DNA of 61,428 nt, counting the filler, from Sphacelaria rigidula (Eukaryota): NCBI GenBank assembly GCA_964200075.2. It is 6 parts of 6 records of this genome, joined end to end, with 100 filler letters (N's around TTAATTAATTAA, not from the genome) between each part and the next. Parts side by side here need not be neighbours in the genome. Positions count along the whole stretch, not along the records: positions 1 to 10,156 come from CAXNAA020007019.1; positions 10,257 to 20,411 come from CAXNAA020007020.1; 4 more parts are not named here. One strand, written 5' to 3'. Within the stretch, counting starts at the first letter, position 1, and every line of letters starts with the position of its first letter. Below the pieces are notes generated by a model. The model saw only the letters and a program-made list of their open reading frames with translations, was not told the origin of the DNA and ran no database searches. Below are positions 1-11,905 of the stretch, one piece after another. A program made the position numbers and the translations under genes.

Positions 1-658
1 GGGGGGGCATTATGTTGACGATATGAGTAAAGTCGGTCGATCTAGGTGTGGCGCAAGAGCAGCCAGCACAGCTGCAGCAGGCGGTATCGGTGCGGCGGGG
101 ACTCCAGAGAGCGTGAATGATCCTGCACCGATGATCGAGACATCGTGTTGTGTTTTTGTGCGCTGTCAGTACTCGGCGACTCCCAGCTTCTAGCAGGACA
201 CCCCCACCCAGAGTCCGTGCTGGTTGTTCATCTTTTTTATACAGGTCCATGGATTGTCTCATCGTATGAGAAGTCATCGAAGGGAGATAAAAGGGGGGTA
301 ATTTGTGGCGCCATGTCAGTAAGAATCCCGCAATAAGCTCGTAATAGAATAATCGTAGTCGCGTTCACCTAAGCAGCGTCAACATGGAGCGAAAAAATGG
401 CGAACGAAGTATCGTATTTGAAGTCCTGCCTTGCGCCACAAGTCATCACGCGGCGCGACGGAATTGCTCTAGCCAAAGAACAGGCTGCGACTTGAAAGTA
501 GAGTATTACGCCGTATTACAATATCGCGTGCTCGTACTTTTTTCTAATGTTCTTAGATGAAAATTGGACTTTAAGGGGTCGTGTGTGTTTCTTGCTGGTC
601 TACGGATGTTGTGCTGTACACAACGCAGGTTTGACGCGTTGGTAATCAATGAGTGAAA

Positions 659-682
659 ACACACACACACACACACACACAC
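659..682. repeat. (CA)n microsatellite
   Basis: About 12 perfect AC units. Confidence 0.95.
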
Positions 683-1010
683 TCATCTTTTCGCCGGCTT
701 GGTTTAGTGAGAGTTACCCGAGATTGATGCAGTGGCAATTAATATCAGGGGAACGATGATGATTCGGAATTTCAACATTAATTGTACGCACAATACAATA
801 TTTATGTCCACCTGTTGCCCCTACAGATTACCGCACGACAGGCTCCTAGATGTCCGGTGAACAAGCATCCCGGGCTGACGACGATGCACCTTCACGAGCA
901 GAGTCAGGCGCCTCTGCCATCGTCAGTGAACACTGAGGTGGCAATGCTCGCAGCCGGGTGGTGTGCGGCGTTTTTCCTCGTACTGTGGAGGCCGCGGTAG
1001 TGGTTCAGTA

Positions 1011-1112
1011 TTCTATCCCAGGGGTAGGAACGGTGCTCCGTCTCGAAAGGAATGCGTGGTCAATGGTCGAACGACCAAGGCAAGCAACAAATGAGTACGC
1101 CCTCCCCCCCCC
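1011..1112 (+). mobile_element. 3' terminal fragment of a LINE family (same family as 17911-18060), followed by a C-run
   Basis: CGGTGCTCCGTCTCGAAAG matches the reverse complement of 17911-17929, then continues G-N-A-W/GRTTKASNK* and ends in CCCTCCCCCCCCC. Confidence 0.7.
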
Positions 1113-1842
1113 TGTCCTCGCCGACACCGTTACTTGCATGAAGCGGTTCAAGTGGGTAAAGTAAGAGGTGTTGTTCTCGTGGAGCTTGATTAATGTTTTA
1201 AGGCGCAATATATCGTAAGTTAACTCCACAATCCACGTGTTGCGCCCTCCCGGTAGATGCGGGACTTCCACCAGCGATGCCAGTGAGGATGCTAGAAGCC
1301 CTGCATGAGCGTCGAGTCACCGCTCGGGCCATTCAGAACGCTGCATCCCACCGCAATAGCGGGGAATGCCTGTACGACGCACAGGGCTCGCTAGAGAAGG
1401 TACTGATTCGTATGTGGTGGTGGTGTCTGCAATGTACTCCGAGTATCAATTTGTTCAGGAGCATGATACGGTCCGAAATCTGAGGTCCGAACGAGTTCAT
1501 CAGTTTATCGTGGCACTGTGGTGCAATTGTCAGTGTACACCGCAATCCTAGACGATAACTCTTACGAGATGAAACGTATCAGGTATCGAACACGGCGACG
1601 GTAAGGGCCTTCCAACGACACGCTCCGTCACCCTCGCGCTGCCGACAAGAATGGCAGAGCTCGCGAAGTCCTTGACGTGGGTGGCTTCTCCAGCAGTACG
1701 TACGTTTCATCTTTTGGGTTGAATTCACCCAATGTCAGTGTCAGTAAACACCCTGCGGAATGCTCGTGCGCGGTAAGAATCGCCGCCTGAGCCTAGTGAC
1801 GAAATTCCCAAGCAAGCCGAAAATACGACGTCTTCCCTCCAG

Positions 1843-4506
1843 GTCATGCAATCCACGCAAGGTGGTGGGGTCAGCAAGGTCAAGGTTGACGGTAATGGAT
1901 GGTTTTTGCGCGTGATTTGGATGACGCCAGAGCAGGTGGGTCCGGAATTATGTGCCAGGGGTCAGTCGTGTCGTTTTGGGATCTGAAGAGATGTAGTGGG
2001 GGCTATGATACCCTGTCTGTGTCGTGAGCGTGTTACCCGCCTCCTCGTCTGACTGGCCTGTCTGCTGACCACTTGTCTCTCACCCCACTCGGCGGCGAAC
2101 GCACGCACCATGCGGTCAGATCGCCGCTCGCAGCAACGCACGGCACGATGCTTCCTTACGATGATGCCGCCGTGAAGACCCGATATAGTCTTCCTCTTGG
2201 CCTCGGGGTTATCGTCGACGGAGAGTGTTACATTGCCGACACAACGCGGCAGACGTTCGAAGGGATGCTGAAGACATCGGAAGAGGCGAGAGGAGCGTAA
2301 CCAGAGGTCTCCATCCAAGACGCGGATATCGCCATGACTGCAGAAGCTCAGCAGATTTTGCCCTAGGCGACAAAGCGGTGGTGTATGTAGCATCTAGTGT
2401 ACAGCATCAAGGAGAACCTCAGCGACTTCTTGCAAAGTAGGTTTCCGGTGAGATACGTACAGAGGGCGTGGAGCCATGAGATGGCAAAGTTGTGTTGTAC
2501 CTCATATCAGCGCAGCTTACGCATGCGTACTGAACGCGACATCATTTGAGGGAAGTACAGAGGCACGAGGCTGTGGCCGCAGTGTGTATTTGACTTTATG
2601 ACTTACATTTTGCAAGGCCAGTCATATATCGTGGTGCAATGATCCACGAAGTTGTATTTCTGCTCACGTACTTGTGGGACATTCATTTTCATTTCATTTC
2701 ATTTCATTTCATTACAGTTTGTCCCACTCCTGCTCGCCATGTGTGCACAATGGTCGTTGTTCGTTCCGGTCATTTGGTTATATTATTTCGAAACGTGAAG
2801 CTTTCCCGTCTATAATTCTCAGCTGTTCTCCCTTTCAAGCGTCGTTCCCCATGGACACAGAAGCCACGGTTCGTGACATCTTGAGATTGACCAAAATGGC
2901 CCCTTGTCAATAGCGAAATCCTGTTTATCGTCATTCGCGACGCCCGTCTTTGACGAATCGGTCGAGATCAACCGAGGGCACAAATTGGTACGGATATCAC
3001 TGACTCGTAAAACGGTCATGTTTTCCTGTCACGATCCACAGCATGTTTTGGTTTGATGAGAATGATCTCATCTGTCAGTTCTGTCAGGAATTCTCGAGGT
3101 GTCGATCATGCACTCGTGTACAGCTACTCCTTCTACGCGGTGTACTTCTGCGGAAACCGTTGGGTCAGGTCCCTTTGCACGAGCCCTCCATACTCAACTC
3201 GGAACGAGCCTTCCAGGGCTTGCTCTACAAGATGCGCGGTCGAGTCACCGAGTCCGGATTCGAGGCGGACTACACAAAGTCACTGATAGCCTCCCCCGAG
3301 GCCGAGAAGGACCTGATGCTGCTGTGCGACGATTGCCAGCGCTGGGTGGTGGCGTTATTCCCGCTGACCTTCTGGGTGTCATCATGGACGAAGAGCAGAG
3401 CGAAAGGTGAGCATATCGCGTGCTTGACATGCGCCTTCTGGCGGAAAATATTTCGCGAGGGCGCGTTTATTATTATCTTTTGTCATCATTATTATTTCCG
3501 CACATTAGTCCGATCTCGCGAACCCGTGGTCACAGACGTGGGCTCGCCTTTCCAACACCGTGGTGGGAACGTTTTATCTTAAAGAGCGCGCCCATGGACT
3601 AGTAAAAAAATGCACCGTTGACGGCAGCTTTTGCACGGTATCAAACTTCCAGTGACTTCAAGAGTTTGATATATATACGCTTGAACTGTGAGAAGTTCCC
3701 CACTATCACGGGCACTGATTTTACCGACCCTATGTTGAACTCGACATATGTACCGACATATGTACCGATCCTGGATCGTTTCGTACCGACTTTTCGTCGC
3801 CACGGAATGAACTCGCAGGTTCGGCGGTTTTTCAACGCTAGGATCTTCTTGATTCACGCGTTCCGCTTTTTGGAGGATGTCATTGCAAGATAGGACGGCC
3901 GACCGCAGCGCTCTTCGCAACGCTCAGTTACACACTCCGGCGATGTCTGCGCCGCGAACCTTCATGTTCTTGTTTTCTGGATTCGAGCTTGTCAAGCCTC
4001 GGCAGTTCGGGCTTGGAAAGTTTTTTTTCAAGTTCATGGAGGAAAATATAGACGTCGCATTGCTTTTCTGCAGCGGCCCAGACAACTGCTTAGTGGATGG
4101 CGCCGCCCGGGAAGAGGCCTCGAGCAGGTTCGAATACCTAGGGGACATGGTTTTTGACCTTGAGACTGCGGCGTGCATAGTTGAGTACTGTAGTAGGGTC
4201 CACATGCGCTACGTCGTCCTCGCCATGAAAGGTGGCAGCCACATCCACTCGTGCCGCATGCTGCAGACTCTCGGCCGTTGTTGTCGGCACTTTTGCCAGC
4301 CGACGTGCCTGAGCTGCGCGTTCAAATTCCACGTGGGAATTCTCCACGACCACGACCTATCAAAGCAGGGGCGGAAACCGATGGCTGAGTGGCCCTTCGA
4401 ATTCAGACCAAAGAGGTCAGCAGCCTACGGAAGCAGAAGGCTGAATTCAGAAGGCTTAGAGATCCGTGTCGAGAACGACCCCATGCCGCCAAGCGAAGGT
4501 CGGTAA
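1843..4506 (+). pseudogene. Decayed Mutator-like (MULE) DDE transposase with SWIM zinc finger, split by spliceosomal introns
   Basis: Exon 1843-1935 KVDGNGWFLRVIWMTPEQ. Exon 2120-2447 YDDAAVKTRYSLPLGLGVIVDGE...PEVSIQDADIAM...KRWCM*HL (D...D and CxxH motifs, three stops). Exon ~3207-3407 GFEADY...RWVVALFPLTF...TKSRAKG (TTSRAEG motif with E>K). ORF 3877-4506 contains SWIM-like HSCRMLQTLGRCCRHF. GT donors at 1936, 2448 and 3408. Confidence 0.8.
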
Positions 4507-6092
4507 ACGACCATCGCCGAGGGAGCAACACTGAGTCGACCTTGGCCCAAATGACAAATAACGAGATGGGGCCTACGGCGCAGGACCGTCGCATAGTATA
4601 CGTCGACATGTTGAAAGAACGTGTAACAGCCGTGGCGAAGGTAGTGGACACTGTACATCATGAGACATTGCGTCACATCATGGCGACTTGCGTGGCTCGA
4701 GTAGACCGAACAGCAGGAATCGCGGGGGGCACAAGGGTTATCGTAGAGCAACCCGGAGACTGTACGTTTGTCCGCGGGGGAAGAGACGCGGAGAAGAAGG
4801 GCAACAAAAGAAACAAGAGAAGCGAGAATACGAGGTATTCAGACACCATGACGAGGGCTGGTAGTCAATTCTACCAGTGACACGTACCCCCCCCCTCCCC
4901 CTCCCCCCAAGTTTAATATTTTATTTTCGTGACGGGTGTCATCCAACGTGCTCTTTCCACCCTCAATACTGCGGATGCAACCTCCATGTTACGAGGGCCC
5001 ATTATGCTGGCGAGTGCAAGATCACGACTAAGAACCCATTTTTTAGCGCATGGTCGGACGTGCTCGCGTTTGCTGTATACACTGTTTGACTCGTCGTGTT
5101 CTTTCTTCCATTGTTTCCCCCGTCTTCGCTTGGTAGCTTTCCAACGTACCACTCACCCCGCACAATATTGTCACGCAACACTTTGTTTCAAACACAGATC
5201 TTCGCAAATGTACAGATATAACACGCGGGAAAAGCGACAACCGCACTGTGCCAGCTAACCATCGTACTGAAGGCAACTATGAGACGTCTATTTTCATTTG
5301 ACGGGCCATGACTGTGCCACATCTTGAAATTGCTTTGCAGGTTGTGTGCCTTTGCGGCGCCCTTGACAAGTGCCACAATTTCAAAATTCAACCAATCTTT
5401 CGAGTCGAAATCGGGTTCGACTTTTAGCCCGGACCCCGACTTCTTATGGATATGCCTTTATTATCGCAACGAGAGCCTCAACCTCGGAAAATCGGCAAAG
5501 AAGAAACATCTCTAGATTTACGGTAGATGTTGCGTGCCGATGGCATCAAGAATATACGCAGTTACGACTACTTTGGCCAAAAGAGAGGAGTGATACGGCT
5601 CATTCGTGCTTGCTATTTGGGCCAATGTTCGAATGATTTCGTTCATGTTTTGTGTGGATCGATACAGGGTACGGCTGCTTCTTGTGACCAAGATAAAAAA
5701 AAAAGAAGCCTCATACGAAACAACACTTTTTGTCGGCCCCCAGAAAGATGTCTCCTTTTTTCTTCGATCCCTTCATACGGCAGTTTTTCGAATCAAGAAT
5801 GAATGCTGATGGCCGCTTCAGCGTCTTGGAAAACATGCTCATCACTTGTGTTTTCAAGTGTAATCCCGTCACCTTCGTGTGGGATCACGCAACGGCAAAT
5901 ATCCACACCCGTCGCAGCCAATGCGCGGAAAACAATGTATCTGGGCAGATAACGATTTGTTGATGGATACTGCGGTATTCTGAGTACTACACACGGCCAT
6001 ACACACGCAAATAGGGGGATAATCTTGTGAAACCACGCCATTGTACTACTGTAATCTTCTGTCTGCTGTGTAGACTGTACAATCTGCCAGAC

Positions 6093-6229
6093 CCTGGACA
6101 ATAGATTACAATGTCAAGAAGGGTACTGCGTACAGTATCGACCATTGCGTCTATTGTAATGTACAAGAGATTCCATTCTGCATGCAGTACATTTCTTGAC
6201 AATGTAATCTATCGTTATTATCCAGGGTG
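6093..6229. mobile_element. ~140-bp MITE with ACCCTGGACAATA/TATCCAGGGT termini; related copies at ~34385-34520 and partly at ~30300-30470
   Basis: Long imperfect inverted arms (accctggacaatagattacaatgtcaagaa / ttcttgacaatgtaatctat...tccagggt), recurring on other contigs. Confidence 0.65.
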
Positions 6230-7011
6230 TGAAATCTGTTCAGCGGACAACAGACAACAGCAGTACGTACTGTACAGGGCTTGTGGTACTCTGTACAGAT
6301 GACAAGGGTGTACTCATGATAAGGGGTACAATACAGAAACTACTACGATTAACACCACTCCCGTCTGGATAGTCTACAGTGTACAGACAGCGTGGTGCCT
6401 TGCAGAACAGCAAAACAGTATGACATGGCGGTATTCCCAATAGCCACCACCTGCTACATATACAGTATATTTCTTTAGAGCACCAATACAATCGACCACG
6501 TGCGGTGCTTGGCTGGCCAAGAAGACACTACGATTGTTGGCTCGTCAGTATCGAGCAGAGAGCATGTCGCCGCCTACGTGTGTGGTCTCCGGCCATTCGA
6601 CGATATGTCTTATTTCACTACCCTGGTGTGGACTGCTGTGGAATATGAATGTTGTTTCGTGTGTGCAATATTTTAAATTGGGCTAGTAGATTTGGCTCTG
6701 GAGACGTTCGCGATCTGCATGCTCCTAGTAGCATACCTCATCTGCAAATAGGCCGCGCTCAGTAGGCTCCGTAATTCCGTGTGTGACTGAATGTTTACAA
6801 GCGATATGACGCGTACGGCCTTTTGGTGCAAGACTTTCACCGACACTATAACAGATGACAAATATTGAAAAGAAAACCTTCTACAGAAAGTAGTAGTAAC
6901 ACACAGAGAAATCGACTTTGCTTGCACAACAGCCTGCCCATGAGGGACCATACCCTAACTTCACCTATCATCTTGAAACAGGGCAAGGGAGAGGGGGCGG
7001 GGTAGGGGTGT

Positions 7012-7126
7012 GGGGGGGGGGGGGTGCTCGTGATCTTGCGCGTCGTAGTAATCCGACCGTTGACCATTGACCTCGCATCCCTACAAAGCCGGGACGGAGC
7101 ACGCCGGGTTTTTGCCGGACAAGGCT
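7012..7126 (-). mobile_element. 3' end of a dispersed retro-repeat (SINE/LINE-related) with C-run tail; second copy at 10113-10156 on +, cut by the contig end
   Basis: 7084-7126 is the near-identical reverse complement of 10114-10156 and shares GTGCTCCGTC...GATGCG.GGTCAATGGTC with the LINE tail at 1033-1068. Confidence 0.65.
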
Positions 7127-7874
7127 CGCGATCAATCACCAAGGGCGAAATACCATGATCTGTTCGGCGAGTCGCAGGAAGGGTAAGCTGCATCCTGCTA
7201 AGATTGTTCGGCCCGAAGCGTACCGATTATCTTGCATATGGATAGCAGCCTCGAATGAGTCGCTTCATTTTCTGGTATCACCACTTTCAGAGACAGCCAT
7301 GTATTTCACACTGCCTCATGGATGTTTCATCATCTGAACACAACGCAGTGTGATCATCGCCTTTGCGCGGGGATCGGGTTCTCCACCTCGTACAGTATGA
7401 TCTAGCTAAACCCCTATCATCGTTACCGCAAAAAAAAACGCAGGCACAAAAAAAACAGTAACCTGCTTGCGAACCGACGCCAACTCCATGGGGGGGGGCG
7501 AGGGGCGGGTAACAGGGAGCTTTATAACAATGCAAACAGAGGTGGCTCAAAAATACATGAAACTCGAACAAGCGTCCTCTCCGAAAAATGAATTTTCGAC
7601 ATGCAATGCTGGTAGATGGCATCAACAACAACAAAAAACGAATTATGGGTGATGACCGTGACTTGACAAGGCAACCATCTCCTTGACGAGGAGATGTGAT
7701 GGGTCGAGTTTTTTCTTGGCGATGGGATCGAGTGTGGGATGTTCGAGAGGGTTGTTGTACAAAGTTATCATATAAAACTGGCTTTTGGCTGAGAACGGAG
7801 GGCATCGAGTCGAAGGAACCGCTCAGAGAATACGGGGCCGAATCCCAGATATCTCTTCTGCCCTTCTTTCTCAC

Positions 7875-9724
7875 CTTCGCGAGCAAAACGACGGGGTCCA
7901 TGACCACCAACCCGGCCGGACTCCGTCCCCCGCCTCCGTCCCGCACACCAGCAGCCGTACCATCGTCTTCAGCGATCTCCGCATCTCCAATCAAGTCCAA
8001 CATGGCATCACCCGCTCCGAGGAGGCCCTCCCCCTCTTCATCCTGCCCCTCATTACCGCCGCCGGGTAAAAATCCGGAGACCGATGACCTCGCGCCCAGC
8101 AAAGCACTACTGCTGCCAACCCGCTCTAGACCATGACTATTCGCTGTACCGTCATTGCCCTCGTCGATTTCGGGGAGATTCGCCCTTGTCACGGTCCTGG
8201 AGTTGCCCGCGGTAAACAGCGGCCGGCCGATGGTATCGAAGTAGCTCGCTGCTGCAGACGGTGCCCCGAAGTACGCTACCTGTCCACGAGACAGGAGCAG
8301 CACCTGATCTAGTAGACCGAGCACCTGCGGCCTGGGTTGGTGCAAGCTGCACAATATAGTGGTGCCATGACCTGCTGCCTTGGCGAGGAGCTGCATCACG
8401 GTCAGTGCTGTTGACGAATCTTTTTTTTTCCCCAAGAAATTGTACATTGGTTGTATAGCGGTTTGCGCCGGGTAGGCGTTTGTTCAGTCAATCAAGGACA
8501 GGGGAAGAATGGGGGCAGGGAAGGAGGCACAAGGGGTAGCGAGTCGCACGTGTTAATCTTGATTTTTTTGCAATTAATAGTTTGCACGATTTTCTCGGAA
8601 GTCACGGCGGCAACAAGTCATCTCCCAAAGACAAGAGCACACTTGTTATGGGGTCACGCAAGGGGCATGTCCTCAGTTCCAATACCACAGGCCTCACCCC
8701 CGCCCCCCCGCGACACTAAAAACCAAGTAAATGATTAGTTCTCGGGCAAGATTTTCACACTTCGGATAGCTCATGAGCTACCTAAAATAACTAATCGAAG
8801 AGGATTCTCAGAACCGTTATTCACGCACACAAAATACGTGACTGGGGTCCGAGAAGCCCAAGCGCTACCTTTGCGCGATACTGCGTAGTCGGCGTCCAGC
8901 TCTGTCAGGAGACAACATGGAAATAGAAGCCAAATAAGCGAACTCATCAGCTGTCCGACGTGTGAAGGTTTCACATTTTTCTTCCATATTCTCGATGACG
9001 ATTTTGAATCGATTTTTGTTGTTGTAATATTCGAATTTTACAGGGTGCGGTGCAATTTTTTCACTCAGCAGGACTAGCTCTTGAAGGCACCGGAAATTGT
9101 TTCATCATTGAGGGGGCAGGAGGGGAGCGAGGAGGGAAGTCATTCCCTTATTATATAAGTGCTGCACGTCACGAGCAAAACACATTTTTGTCCCCACCAA
9201 CACGAGTTTCGGGGTCAGAAGCAAAGTCATATCCCAAAAACCTCTACGCGAAAGGCACCAGTTTCGGTATCACGAGCGAAAGAAGCAATATTCCCATGCA
9301 CGAAAAAATTGAGAGTCATGAGCAAAAGTCATCCTCCGTAAACATGTTTCGAACGCTCCCAAGTATGACCTTGACCAGCAACGCAGAGGTCTCGATAAAG
9401 TTAAGCAAATGATCACCGACGATGGTGATGGTGGTGGGGGTGTTATTCATTGCAATATACGATGTCCTTCTCCATTCTCACCCTAGCCCTCGTGATGGAA
9501 TAGGCCGTCATTGATATCTGGATCGGGCCGCAAGTAGTATGAGTAACAGTGATGCGTTTCTCACCCAAGCCCGTTGTTGGCTCGTCGAGGAAGAGCAAGG
9601 GCGGTCGGGTGAGAAGCTCGGTGCCGATAGACAAACGCCTCTTTTCTCCACCGGAGATTCCTCGAGATAGCCCGCCCCCGATCCGCGAGTCCTTGATGCG
9701 CACTATATTCAAGTCGTGCAGCAC
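7875..9724 (-). CDS. ABC transporter subfamily G (White-like), partial: two NBD exons, 9724-9565 and 8419-7875
   Basis: SRIGGGLSRGISGGEKRRLSIGTELLTRPPLLFLDEPTTGL|DSSTALTVMQLL...TILCSLHQPR...LLLSRGQVAYFG: ABC signature, Walker B, D-loop and H-switch. AG/GTGAG borders join in phase. Confidence 0.93.
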
Positions 9725-10156
9725 CTGAGAGATCAAACGTGCATGGTAAGTACATATACTGTGAAAAACTCGACTACGACTTGCGCCAGGGAATCATCCA
9801 CAACTTCAGCGAGGGAAAATTTGACCAGGCCAGAGTACAGGGATAGATTTAGTTGATCACTCCCCCCGCCCCGCCAATAACGACGAGGTGGGAGAAATCG
9901 ACGCTCTGATGGGAGGACACAGCGCATGGATAATAGTGCAAGGGCAATTACCCCGCAACTGTCCAAGATGAATTTTGATATATTATTTTCGACATACTCA
10001 GCTTCAAAACTTTAACCAAGTGGGTCCATCTCTTGAAATTGCTCCCCGCGCATAGCTGCACCGGGAATCTGCTCTCGATTTACGTACTCATCCCCCCCCC
10101 CCGTTAGTCCTTCAGCCTGGTCCGGCGAGAACCCGGCGTGCTCCGTCCCGGCTTTG

Positions 10157-10256
10157 NNNNNNNNNNNNNNNNNNNNNNNNNNNNNNNNNNNNNNNNNNNN
10201 TTAATTAATTAANNNNNNNNNNNNNNNNNNNNNNNNNNNNNNNNNNNNNNNNNNNN
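10157..10256. other. Artificial contig spacer (44 N + TTAATTAATTAA + 44 N); identical copies at 20412-20511, 30667-30766, 40922-41021 and 51177-51276
   Basis: Five identical 100-nt N blocks with a central stop-codon linker, exactly 10255 nt apart. Confidence 0.99.
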
Positions 10257-11034
10257 CGTGCGGGTACTGGTAGTCGAGTGTGTGTGACTACAGTATCCCG
10301 CTCATGGCAGCTACCGAGCTGCCATGAGCCCTCTCTCTCAACATCTGATCTCTCGGTCATAGGGTCGACTTAGTCTGGGCACTCTCCAATAATACAAATG
10401 ATAAAACTATCTATCCTTCGCCACGGGCCACGGAATAGCCTTGTTTTGTTATCGTCCAAAAACAACAGCAAACCGTAATTTGAGTGCGCGCCCGAGGCCG
10501 CGACCAAAAAGTCATCCTTCTCGGACAAAAGGCCCGCTATGACCTCAGGGGTCACAAGGAGGGGAAAACAGCAAGCTGGCAGACCTCCTCCCCGGTGTAG
10601 CCTGTATACGCTGCTTAATATACACGAAGTATATGAGCTAACGCTGTAGGTTGTACGCTGCACAATGTACAATGGGCCCCATGGCACAACTGTAGTACAA
10701 AATATTGATTACATTTTTCAATTTACCATAGTATCAAACATATAAGACACAAGGGAAAACAAAATTCGGGTCAGACCCGCAACCATGGCAGTTTGCAGTA
10801 TTGATTATTGAAGCCTGTCTAGTGATGAGTAACGAGTGACGAATCACGCCATAGGCCGTAGAGAGCACTTTCAAGCAGCTGATACACTGGCTGCAGGAGG
10901 AGCACGGGAGAATATCGCAATTTTATGCGCGTTTCGAGCACATTTGGAGCTTTTCAAACCTTTTAAGCTCTCTTTAAGCTTCTCGAAAAAAAGCTTACTT
11001 AAGCCCGAAAACCCGAAGTTAAGCTAAACCTTAC

Positions 11035-11132
11035 CCCCTAGACCGCGAGGGTAGTCCATCTGGATCATTCATTCTTTTTTCAAGTGTAATTGATGCCGAT
11101 TCGACAGATGACCTACTCTCGCAATCTAAGGG
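11035..11132. mobile_element. 98-bp piggyBac-like MITE, degraded copy
   Basis: Homologous to 27927-28024 and 44569-44666; flanks TTAC/TTGA are decayed TTAA. Confidence 0.75.
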
Positions 11133-11621
11133 TTGAGCGCGCTGACGGAGCTAATGCCTAACGTACTCGAGAACGTTGGTATATATTCGACGTTTCAACC
11201 GACAGCGGTTGCTCCGCTAAAACACCAAACGACACACGTTGCCTCTGCGCTATGTTATTGAGCATTGCCTGGATGGTCTATGCCAAAGTCTATTCCTAAC
11301 AGGGTGGGCAAGACATTCACCCTCTCGTGGTGTTATCTGCCGACGAGTAGTTTCTGCTCTCTGTTTTTCTGGTACGCGCAGTCAGGCACGCCCGCCCCAC
11401 GACGGCATGCATTGCCAGAGTCTTCATTCTTCGGTCTTCAAAGGGAGAACGTCGCTCTTCACGTGGCATGCGCTATTGTGCAAGAAGTCCCCTCAATCTT
11501 TAAACACCTTCGCGAAAACTCGATCGGGTCAAGAGAGGAATATATATCTTTGCGGTATACTCTACATAACAAGTAGTTTATGAGCACAGTAGGGCTTCTG
11601 TTCATGGTCATAGGATACGCG

Positions 11622-11880
11622 TGTTCGAGTGATTCAGATACCCAGTAATGCTGGATCTACGTAGAACCGGGGGTCGGGGTGACGTACGAGTACCGACAGT
11701 CAAGTGTGCGCAAATGTGGTACAGTACAGCTGAGAGCAGCGGAGCAGTCCGCCTCCCTTGATCATTCTCATTCATCTACCTCCATCTCATCAGCACTCTC
11801 CCAAGTTATAGAAGAACTTGGGTGCTCTTCAATCAAAGATCTGAAACCATTATTACCCTGTGCCTGAGCCAAGGAATACG
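11622..11880 (+). repeat. 5' LTR of the copia element
   Basis: Direct repeat of 17657-17912; about 18-19 substitutions plus one 3-nt indel by eye. Confidence 0.93.
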
Positions 11881-11905
11881 CTAGTGATCAATCGATTAGG
11901 CAAGT

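Noticed and set aside
900-1550. Minus-strand MULE/KDZ-like transposase suggested by short ORFs
   Set aside because: Needs many frameshifts, and 1011-1112 is better explained as a plus-strand LINE tail
10201-10212. Regularly spaced TTAATTAATTAA motif as a biological repeat or array
   Set aside because: Embedded in N runs; it is an assembly linker
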